Source: Macrostomum lignano (lineage: Eukaryota). Taken from it: a DNA stretch of 64,000 nucleotides. Shown in pieces: positions 54,938 to 64,000 of the stretch (position 1 is the stretch's first letter; each line of letters starts with the position of its first letter). The position numbers were made by a program, and so were the translations under genes. The notes below the pieces were generated by a model. The model made no database searches. It saw nothing but the letters and a program-made list of their open reading frames with translations, and was not told where the DNA came from. The DNA lies in NCBI GenBank assembly GCA_002269645.1, contig NIVC01002975.1, forward strand, positions 1 to 64,000, in the 5' to 3' direction.

Positions 54938-55744
54938 CTATCTGCCAATTCCTTTGGCGCTGCGAAATCCTGCGGCCGCTCCAGCCTGACCGGCTTCTCC
55001 ATCTTGACCAGCTGTGCCTCCGCGGCCTCCCCTGGCCCGGCCTGCGCCTCGGCCTCCGGCACCTCCGCGACCTCCGGCAGCTCCGTCTTGGCCATCCTCT
55101 CCGTCTTGTCCACCGCCGCCGCCTCCGCGACCTCCCCTGGCCCCGCCTCGGCCTCCGCCACCTCCGCGACCTCCGGCAGCTCCGTCTTGGCCATCCTCTC
55201 CGTCTTGTCCACCGCCGCCGCCTCCGCGACCTCCCCTGGCCCCGCCTGCGCCTCGGCCTCCGGCACCTCCGCGCCCTCCGGCAGCTCCGTCTTGGCCATC
55301 CTCTCCGTCTTGTCCACCTCCGCCGCCGCCTCCACGACCTCCGAGACCCCCAGCACCTCCGCGACCTCCTCCGCCGCGTCCACCGGCGCCACCGCGGCCT
55401 CCCCCGGCACTTCCATCTTGACCATCCTTGCCATCTTGTCCGCCTCCGCCGCCACCTCCACCCCTGCCTCCGCCGCCATCAGCCTCATCATCATCGTCAG
55501 AATACTCATAATCATATTCCGCGTTCTCGTCGCTATCTGCTGTTTGGCCTTCTGCACCGCCGCTGCCGCTACGACGGCGACGGCTTCGACTGCCGTTGCG
55601 TCGGCGGCGAGTGCTGCTGCGGCTTCGCCGACGGTTGCGACCTGACCCGCCGCCGGTTTGTTGGCCGGCTTTCGCAGGCTTGGCTAGTTTGCCGCCATTG
55701 TCACTGCTGCTGCCTTCAGCTTCATCAGCGCAATTGTTCTGCAT
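54938..55744 (-). CDS. Gly-rich low-complexity protein with GQDGEDGQDG repeats, 5' end uncertain
   Basis: 268-aa GC-rich ORF with an Arg/Ser basic tract, an acidic EYDYEYSDDDDE tract, and 3-4 repeats of about 35-40 aa. A competing frame (54823-55557) is also open. Confidence 0.5.
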   Translation of the reverse strand: MQNNCADEAEGSSSDNGGKLAKPAKAGQQTGGGSGRNRRRSRSSTRRRRNGSRSRRRRSGSGGAEGQTADSDENAEYDYEYSDDDDEADGGGGRGGGGGGGGQDGKDGQDGSAGGGRGGAGGRGGGGRGGAGGLGGRGGGGGGGQDGEDGQDGAAGGRGGAGGRGAGGARGGRGGGGGGQDGEDGQDGAAGGRGGGGGRGGARGGRGGGGGGQDGEDGQDGAAGGRGGAGGRGAGRARGGRGGTAGQDGEAGQAGAAAGFRSAKGIGR

Positions 55745-56310
55745 GCCGCGACTGCGCTATATTTCTGGACAATGGCGCGTGGCTGCTAGCTTATAAGGTG
55801 CTTCAAAAAGCTTAACGAGTATATGTGCATGTGTATTTCATTTAAATTGATTATTGTATACATTTACAAACATAGACATTAATTATAATCTAAATTAAGT
55901 ACTTGTGATTGTTCACTACTATTAATGATTTTAACTGCTACACCGTTTTGCACTCAATTTCGGCAGCGCCAATCTAAAAGGGGAATAAAAAGAGAAGTGT
56001 GGCATGTATGTGTCCTTCAGCCTTCAAATGCAAGATATGTAGCTCTATGGCTGAAGAGCGGGTCGTTGCTTTGCGCTCACAACGTGGGTGTACACGCGAG
56101 GGAGGAAGGGCGGGAGGACGAGCATTCGCAGATTGTAAGGGTGGAAGCAAGAAAGAGAATTGACTCTCAACATGTATCCCACTTTGCCTGTACGCCTTGT
56201 CTATGTCGCTAGTGCTTTGCTACCGGAGATTCTCACTAAGTAACCTCCGCTGCCATAGACAATAAAATTAACGCCTTGAGCCAGAGTGGAGGTTGGTTGA
56301 ACACTTTCTT

Positions 56311-56544
56311 CTACCCTCCACAACTATCCTCCACAGCTACCCTCCACAGCTACCCTCCACAGCTACCCTCCACAGCTACCCTCCACAGCTACCCTTCACA
56401 GCTACCCTCCACAGCTACCCTCCACAGCTACCCTCCACAGCTACCCTCCACAGCTACCCTCCACAGCTACCCTCCACAGCTACCCTCCACAGCTACCCTC
56501 CACAGCTACCCTCCACAGCTACCCTCCACAGCTACCCTCCACAG
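56311..56544 (+). repeat. 13-bp minisatellite array A, about 18 copies
   Basis: Unit cagctaccctcca. Confidence 0.95.
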
Positions 56545-56546
56545 AG

Positions 56547-58553
56547 TTGTAACTGAGTCAGAGGCCGTGTTTACTGTGTAGCCAAACTCTTGTACAATCT
56601 CGCTGGGTTAAATTCAGTCACTGCAGGATTCCAAATTCAGTCCTTGTAGATTTTCACGCCAGCCCGAGCAGCGCGGGGGTGCGGGCGCAGCGCCACCGGG
56701 GAGGCGGGTGGATCCCGGGCCGCCTCTCCAGCAGCTCTCGGTGTAGCGTTCTGCGTATGGACGCCGGCGTCGGCCAAGTCATGGCGTAGCAGCAGCGAGT
56801 TGCCGGCCACCCGCTGGACCGTCCAGGCACCGCTCTCGAATGGCGTCTGCGTCTTGCTGGCACTGACCCGCCGTCGTAGCACCGAGTCGCCGACCTGGAC
56901 GTCGTGCCGCCGTGGTCGCCTCCTTGCGTCCGAGTGCTGCTTCATCGCCGCCTTGGCGCCGGCGTCGGCGTCTCTCAGCCGCTGCTCGTTGATGCGGACT
57001 CGCTGGGATGGCCGGGCGGCGGGGATGACGTCGTTTAGCCGCCGGCCCATCAGCAGCTCGGCTGGTGCGCGCCCGGTGGCCGTGTGCGGCGTGTTCCTGT
57101 AGGCCAGCAGCCACTCGTCCAGAGCGGTCCTCCAGACCCGCCGCTCCTCGATGGCTGCTCGCACGACTTTGTTGATGGAGCGGTTCAGCCGCTCCGTCAT
57201 GCCGTTGGCCGCTGGGTAGTAGGGCGTGATGAGGCGGTGCTTGATCCCGTAGCTCGCCAGGAACCGGCCGAACTCCTTGGACGAGAAGGGCGGTCCATTA
57301 TCTGTCACGAGCTCCTGCGGGATCCGAAGTGGGCGAACATCTCTCGCAGGCGGGGAATCAGTGCCTCGGCCGTCGTCTGCGTGAGCTGCACCTCCGGAAA
57401 CCTTGAGTAGCGGTCCACGCACACCAGCAGCATGTTGTGGCTGATGGGTCCCACGAAATCGGCGCCGATCGACAGCCAGGCGCCTGCGGGGATCGGCGCC
57501 GGCTGCAGAGGCGTGGCCCGGACGGCTGGCGTGTGCGACGTGACGGCGCAGCTGCGACATCGACTGATGAATTCCTCCGCTTGAGTTGCCATCCTCGGCC
57601 ACCAGACCTTCGTGCAGAGTCTGGCGATCGTCTTCTGCGAGCACTGCATGGTGCCCTTCATGCGCTAGTTCGAGCATCTGCTGCCGCAGATCAGCTGGCA
57701 CGACGATTCGGTGGTGCCGAAGGAGGACCCCGTCAACCGCAGACAGCTCCTCTCGCAGCGCGTGGAGCGAGCGCATCTCGGGGTTGGAGCGATCCCAGCG
57801 GCCGCCTTGCGTCGCCGCTATCGCTGCCCGGATGACTGGGTCGCTGGCAGAGCTCTTGCGGATGTCCTGGAGCGTCAGCGCCATCGGCACAGCCGCCTGC
57901 GCCACCTCGTTGATGTAGGCCTCCCTCAGCTGCTCGCCAAAACTTCTGCCTTGTGCGCTTAGGGGCTGCCTGCTGAGTACATCTGCAGCATTGGAGACTC
58001 CCGGCTGGTACTCGACCTTGAACACTAGGTGCTGGATCCTCAGCGCCATTCGCTCGACTCGTGGAGGCGGCCGCGACCCAGGCGCGAACATGGCCGTCAG
58101 CGGCTTGTGATCGGAGACCACTGTGAACTCGCGCGATCCATGCAGGTAGTACTCAAACTTCAGGCAGCCGAACTTCATGGTGAGTGCCTCCTTCTCGGTC
58201 TGCGAATATCGCCGCTCGACATCGGAGAGGGTCCGGCTGGCGTATGCAACCGGCCTTGAGTTGCCGTCGCGCTGCACCTGCGCCAGGATGGCGCCCAGTC
58301 CGGTCGGCCCCGCGTCCACGATCAGCTGCGTGTGTAGCCGCTTGTCGTAAAAAGCCAGCGTTGTCGGCTCCGCGATGCTGCGCTTCAGCTGCTCAAAGGC
58401 TTCCCGCACTTTCTGCAGCTCTTGCCCTGCGCTGCGGTGCACGTGGGGTGCCATGGCCTGCCGCAGCGATCGCAAGATCCGTGCTGCTTCGGTCTCTGCG
58501 GCCTCTGTGGCTTCTGGTCTCTTCTGACTGCTGCGAGCTGCTTCGATTCTCAT
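56547..58553 (-). mobile_element. Gypsy/Ty3 pol fragment (RNase H + integrase), frameshifted
   Basis: LIVDAGPTGLGAIL, AYASRTLSDVERRYSQTEKEAL, SDHKPL, AHEGH, DFVGP, VTDNGPPF, YYPAANGMTER. Frameshifts near 57660 and 57320. LTR-end-like GTTACA at 56547-56552. No RT. Confidence 0.92.
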
Positions 58554-58554
58554 G

Positions 58555-58825
58555 ACCCTCCACAGCTACCCTCCACAGCTACCCACCATGGCTACCCTCA
58601 ACAGCTACCCTCCACAGTTACCCTCCACAGCTACCCTCCACAGCTACCCTCCATGGCTACCCTCCACAGCTACCCTCCACAGCTACCCTCCACAGCTACC
58701 CTCCACAGCTACCCACCATGGCTACCCTCAACAGCTACCCTCCACAGCTACCCTCCACAGCTACCCTCCACAGCTACCCTCCACAGCTACCCTCCACTGC
58801 TACCCTCCACTGCTACCCTCCTACA
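58555..58825 (+). repeat. 13-bp minisatellite array B, about 21 copies
   Basis: Same unit as array A. Confidence 0.95.
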
Positions 58826-59447
58826 GTAAAATAAAATGAAAATGAAATAATCAAACGCATAAAGATCTACATGTAGGAGCATAGAAACCAGAGGGTGGAG
58901 CGCCCATCCGACATTGTCATGTGGCAGGGTCACTCCAGGTCACTCCAGCTCTGATGAAGCGCAGCCATTCAGGCGTTACAGCACAAGCAGCTGCACACAA
59001 TCAACTTCCTTCCCAAAAGTCGTCTGTCGTCCGGGCCTCGCGCCTGGCAATTCCATATTTTGATTTCATTTCTTGACGAAGAAAGATTGGCATGAATTAT
59101 GAATGCTGTAGCAACATCAAGCAGCTAACGTGGCAGCTAAGTCTTGCTTCCACAACTGACGGACTAAGTCGTTAGAAGTTTGTCACCTCCCTTGGCGTGT
59201 TTTAGCAACTCAATCGTGTGGGCGGACCGGCCCATGCCGCTGCTGCCGCGGCTGTTGTGCGTCACTCTTATATAAATTGATTGATTTTTGCGATACTTAA
59301 CAATATTTCATTAACAATCAAAATTGAAGAGTAAATTACCATTGGGACCGGTATTTTTCCTGGTGTATGGATTGCTCAAATTTGAAACATGAGTTAGCAA
59401 GTGCCTCCTGAAGAATCGGGACTAAGAGTGGAATAGTTGAAGGAATG

Positions 59448-59958
59448 GTAGCTGTGGGGCGTAGCTGTGGAGGGTAGCTGTGGAGGGTAGCTGTGGAGGG
59501 TAGCTGTGGAGGGTAGCTGTGGAGGGTAGCTGTGGAGGGTAGCTGTGGGGCGTAGCTGTGGAGGGTAGCTGTGGAGGGTAGCTGTGGAGGGTAGCTGTGG
59601 AGGGTAGCTGTGGAGGGTAGCTGTGGAGCGTAGCTGTGGAGGGTAGCTGTGGAGGGTAGCTGTGGAGGGTAGCTGTGGAGGGTAGCTGTGGAGCGTAGCT
59701 GTGGAGGGTAGCTGTGGAGGGTAGCTGTGGAGCGTAGCTGTGGAGGGTAGCTGTTGAGGGTAACTGTGGAGGGTAGCTGTGGAGGGTAGCTGTGGAGGGT
59801 AGCTGTGGAGGGTAGCTGTGGAGGGTAGCTGTGAAGGGTAGCTGTGGAGGGTAGCTGTGGAGGGTAGCTGTGAAGGGTAGCTGTGGAGGGTAGCTGTGGA
59901 GGGTAGCTGTGGAGGGTAGCTGTGGAGGGTAGCTGTGGAGGGTAGCTGTGGAGGGTAG
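59448..59958 (-). repeat. 13-bp minisatellite array C, inverted, about 39 copies
   Basis: Reverse complement of the A/B unit (gtagctgtggagg). Confidence 0.95.
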
Positions 59959-60369
59959 CGTGCTCCGGCCATGCTCCATGCAGGTCAACAGGTGGTAAAT
60001 TCCGTGCAATCTGTCCAGGTAAAACACCATACATTGACATTACATGTAGAAGCTCAAAAGCAGCTGTGGAACTTCTAATTAAGATGGCGAGGTGCTAATT
60101 AGCCCGCGAGAGATTAAGTTTCAGGTGAGCAAGTGTTTGTGAAGGGGTTTGGAACCAAAGCTAACAGACTGCGGGGACTCAAGCACAAGGAGAGGAGAAT
60201 AAATAATATTAGGCCTGTTGTTCACAGTTTAATTGCCATAGAGATCAGCACTTGTCAATCATTTTTAATAATTATTTTATTTTAGCCATCGTTCTGGTAT
60301 GACCGGGTTCGGTGTTTACACTGAGATTATGAGAGCTAAGATGCTGAAGGGTGTGTTCAGGTTCTACAT

Positions 60370-60720
60370 GGATGTTTTCAGGGTATCTTCAGAGCGTCTT
60401 CAGGGTATCTTCAGAGCGTCTTCAGGGTATCTTCAGAGAGTCTTCAGGGTATCTTCAGAATATCTTTAGGGTATTATCAAGGTATCTTCAGGGTATTCTC
60501 AGGGTATCTTCAGGTCGTCTTCAGGGTATCTTCAGGTCGTCTTCAGGGCGTCTTCAGGGTATCTTCAGGGCATATTCAAGATATATCTTCAGGGTGTCTT
60601 CAGGTTTTTTCAGGGGCGCCTTTTCAGGTTATCGTCAGAAATCTCTAGGGTATTCTCAGGGCATCTTCAGAGCATCTTCAGGACATCTTCAGGGCGTCTT
60701 CAGGGTGTCTTTAGGGTATC
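60370..60720. repeat. Degenerate 11-bp repeat
   Basis: Unit tcagggtatct. Confidence 0.8.
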
Positions 60721-60763
60721 TTTAGTAGTGTCCGCAGCAGTTTGCAAATCCCGCTCCAGCTGC

Positions 60764-62375
60764 TCAGTCGAAGGGCGACACACACATGAAGAGCGCCGCC
60801 GAGTACGGGTTCACTGGCACATCCACCAGCCCCTTGGAGGTGCCGCCGCCGGCGAAGTACACCCCGACAAAGTCTTCGCCAGCCCGATTGTCCGGATCGC
60901 CCGGCCAGAAGAAGCCGGGGTTTACTGTCCGGTTGCAGCGGCTCCAGCGGAAGCCGCCGGCCGGCTCCGGACTGCCCGGCAGCTGGGCGCCGGACAGGAA
61001 AAATGATGAAGAATGGCGGACGCTGAGCGCCAGCACCCAGGACAGCTCGTCGGCTGTCAGGGCGTCGGCGAAGCCCGCGAGGCCGCCTGGCTCGACTTCG
61101 GCCATCGATTTGAAAGCCGTCCAGCTGTGCGCCCCGGTTGCCAGGCGGTAGCGAAGGCCGCACCTGAGAAGCCAATGCGGGGGCTTTTGACTTGTTGCTG
61201 GGACGGAGTAAATAACTTTCCAGCGTACTGTATGTACTTTGATAATAAAAACATCTTTTTGAACAGGTATGACGCAGGCATTAGGTATCTAATTATGCTA
61301 CAATGTACCTGTACATGAATACTACGAGTATATATGAAACAAATATTCACAGAAGAGCCGTGGGCGACTTCATCCAATATTATGTACTGCAGAGGCAATT
61401 TTGAGCCAATACTGTACTCAGGCACGAACTCATACACACAGCTCACACAGGGTGTACATCGACCCTGACTTTCTAATCGTCAGGCATGTACGTACCATGT
61501 ACCCCTTCCGTGTCTTCGGGGTTTGTGTGGCACGACACAGGCACGACAGTATTTCAGTAAGAATCCTATATACTAAATACCTGAAGACCCGCACCCGAAT
61601 GCCTGAAGTCCCGCACCCGAATTCCTGAAGACCCGCACCCGAATTCCTGAAGTCCCGCACCCGAATTCCTGAAGACGCGCACCCGAATTCCTGAAGTCCC
61701 GCACCCGAATTCCTGAAGACCCGCACCCGAACACCTGAAGTCCCGCACCCGAATTCCTGAAGACCCGCACCCGAACACCTGAAGTCCCGCACCCGAACAC
61801 CTGAAGACCCGCACCCGAACACCTGAAGACCCGCACCCGAACACCTGAAGACCCGCACTCGAACACCTGAAGACCAGCACCCGAGTGCCTGAAGTCCCGC
61901 ACCCGAATGCCTGAAGTCCCGCACCCGAATGCCTGAAGTCCCGCACCCGAATGCCTGAAGTCCCGCACCCGAATGCCTGACGACCCGCACCCGAATACCT
62001 TGAACGCAGTCCTCACCTGGCGTCACCGTAAGCATCCGGACAGAGTCGGCCAGCCGTCAGTCCCGGCCGGCGCCGCACGAAAACGTCGCCGGTGCGGTTG
62101 CAGACGCCGCAGTCGGCCAGCGGCCTGCTGCACATGTCGAAGACGAACAGTCGGCAGATGCCGCGGCCATCCGGCAGCTCGAAGGCCTGACAGTCAGGCA
62201 GCCCTGAGCACTCAAACGCGCAGGCCAGGGGAGTCCCGATCGGGTTGGCCAGCTCGACTACGAACTCCCCGCGGATGCACAACGAGCCCCGGACCAGGTG
62301 GAAGTCGGCTGCCCGGCTGGCATCAAGGTGGAGCAGCAACAGCAGAGTCAGCAGAGTCAGCAGAGTCAGCGACAT
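60764..62375 (-). CDS. Secreted PAN/apple + atypical C-type lectin-like protein, 252 aa
   Basis: Exons 62375-62017 and 61163-60764 (phase 2). Signal peptide MSLTLLTLL.., PAN pattern CAFEC..LPDCQAF..CRL, and CTLD-like CPDAY..HSW..GGLA..FRW..FWPGDPDN..GEDFV..FMC. Confidence 0.7.
61390..61520 (-). mobile_element. SINE family 2, copy 4
   Basis: Minus strand gtacatgcctgacgattagaaagtcagggtcgatgtacaccctgtgtgag matches 1345-1392. Confidence 0.7.
61580..61997. repeat. 22-bp minisatellite, about 19 copies, in the PAN-CTL intron
   Basis: Unit cctgaagacccgcacccgaaca. Confidence 0.95.
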
Positions 62376-62480
62376 CGACGGCTTCAGGGTGGGGAGCTTC
62401 CTTTTTGCTGGGCACGGAACTTGCAAAATGTTGATGGACTGAAAAACAGTCGGCTCGATTCATTGAACAACAAGTTTCAT

Positions 62481-62690
62481 AAACAGGAGTGGGATTTTAT
62501 GAACAGGAATGGGATTTTATGAACAGGAGTGGAATTTTATGAACAGGAGTGGGATTTTATGAACAGGCGTAGGATTTTATGAACAGGAGTGGGATTTTAT
62601 GAACAGGCGTAGGATTTTATGAACAGGAGTGGGATTTTATGAACTGGAGTGGGATTTCATGAGCAGGAGTGGAATTTTATGAACAAGAGC
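62481..62690. repeat. 20-bp minisatellite, about 10 copies
   Basis: Unit gaacaggagtgggattttat. Confidence 0.93.
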
Positions 62691-62992
62691 TGACTCAACA
62701 TAATAATGGCAAAGTACTATATAAGGATGTACACAAAAGATACTCACCCAGCCTTTCTAAAAAACTGATTCAGTTACTCTTCTGTTGATGCGGAAGCCGC
62801 CAGTTAAACTTTTATAAGCTTCCATGTTGCTATAGCAACCAGAGCCTGCGTCTTTTGCATGCAGACTACATTGTTGTCCGAGTGTTGGTGCACGCCGATT
62901 GGCTCTGGCCTCCTTGGGCCAACAGAATTCAAGAAGAGCAGAAAGTATTGCTCTGCATGTTCATGTAGCTCTAAGGATATTGAAGTGTGCAT

Positions 62993-63240
62993 CCTACAGG
63001 GTATCCCACAGGGTATCCCACAGGGTATCCCACAGGGTATCCCACAGGGTATCCCACAGGGTATCCCACAGGGTATCCCACAGGGTATCCCACAGGGTAT
63101 CCCATAGAGTATCCCACAGGGTATCCCATAGAGTATCCCACAGGGTATCCCATAGGGTATCTCACAGGGTATCCCACAGGGTATCCCACAGGGTATCCCA
63201 CAGGGTATCCCACAAAGTATCCCACAGGGTATCACATAGG
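62993..63240. repeat. 12-bp minisatellite, about 20 copies
   Basis: Unit cagggtatccca. Confidence 0.95.
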
Positions 63241-63298
63241 GTCTACAGCATCTTCCCAAACACTGTCAGCACCTACTCAAACACTGTCAGCATCTACT

Positions 63299-64000
63299 CT
63301 TGACTTACTTGACTTAGCTGCAGGGGGCGTCCGGCGGATGCAGCGGGGAGGCGGAGGAGACCGCCCATTCCGCTAGCCCCTGGCGACCAATGACTTCCGT
63401 TGAAGTGAAGTCGCTCAGGGGGACCCGTCGGTCTCGCCTGCAGCGCGATCCTCCTCACCGACAGTGGGGAAGAAATCGGCTCGTCCCGTGTCCCTGAGGT
63501 ACCGGGCGAGCAGCGGGATGCTCTCGGGCCTGCAAACGTCGGAGAGAACCGGGTTTGGCCCGAGGTGAGTGAGCCTGGCCCTGGTGAAAACCGGGCAGTG
63601 GCAGATAAAATGCTCGGCGTTTTCAGTGCCTGAGCGGCAGAAGGGGCACCGCTCCTCGGGTACTTGGCCCTAAAGGAAACGGTGGCGAGAGAAGCAGCCA
63701 TGCCCGGAGAGGGCCATGCTAGCTGCTCTGAGGTCTCTGCGGTTGAGCCTGAGGAGGGCTCTACGCAGGAGAGGGGAGGGGCAGGGGACGGCCGCCCGGG
63801 ATTGCCTACAATTCCGGGTGTCGTGCCACCTGCGGAGATGCTCGGAGTCAGCCCAGCGCTTAACGCGGGAGTTGATCACCGAGGCGGGGATGGGGGCCCC
63901 CGGGCCCGGCCCCAGCAGCGCGCCGGCGGAGCCAGCCTTGGCCAGCAGGTCGGCGTGCTCGTTGCCGAGGAAGCCGGCGTGGCCCGGGATCCATCTGAGC
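63299..64000 (-). mobile_element. 3' end of an I-group (LOA/Lian-like) non-LTR retrotransposon
   Basis: RNase H WIPGHAGFLGNEHADLLAK, SGHG, zinc knuckle CPFC..ENAEHFICHC, in-frame stop at 63670, ORF end at 63415, and a (taagtcaag)2 tail. Confidence 0.88.

Overview
Eukaryotic (metazoan) genomic DNA: GC-rich spliced exons in AT-rich spacers, with about 30 unrelated mini/microsatellite arrays. The style fits a flatworm such as Macrostomum (inference, not verified). Genes built by hand from splice sites: 3' half of DDX46/Prp5 (+), two tandem TMEM218-like genes (+), a 4-EF-hand calmodulin-like gene (-), a UspA-domain gene (+), an SLC29/ENT nucleoside transporter (+), a CAP-EGF-transmembrane gene (+), HDAC1/Rpd3 (-), an intronless mucin-Kazal gene (+), histone H4 (+), a Gly-rich ORF (-) and a PAN/C-type-lectin gene (-). 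Mobile DNA: two tRNA-derived SINE families, mariner- and hAT-type MITEs, solo or truncated LTRs, a Gypsy pol fragment, and RTE-like and I-group LINE fragments. Most long ORFs in the supplied track are repeat artefacts. The leads I rank highest are: (1) intronic minisatellites built from their own splice junction, including stop-carrying decoy acceptors in HDAC1 and an AG-free array in the Usp gene; (2) a hAT element carrying the 28S rDNA segment targeted by R2, I-PpoI and Pokey; (3) a TMEM218 paralog that opens with a 12-nt ATG-less exon and may take its start codon from a spliced leader; (4) an intron that is almost pure (TAC)78; (5) an orphan histone stem-loop unit divergent from H4. Boundaries of repeat arrays are approximate.
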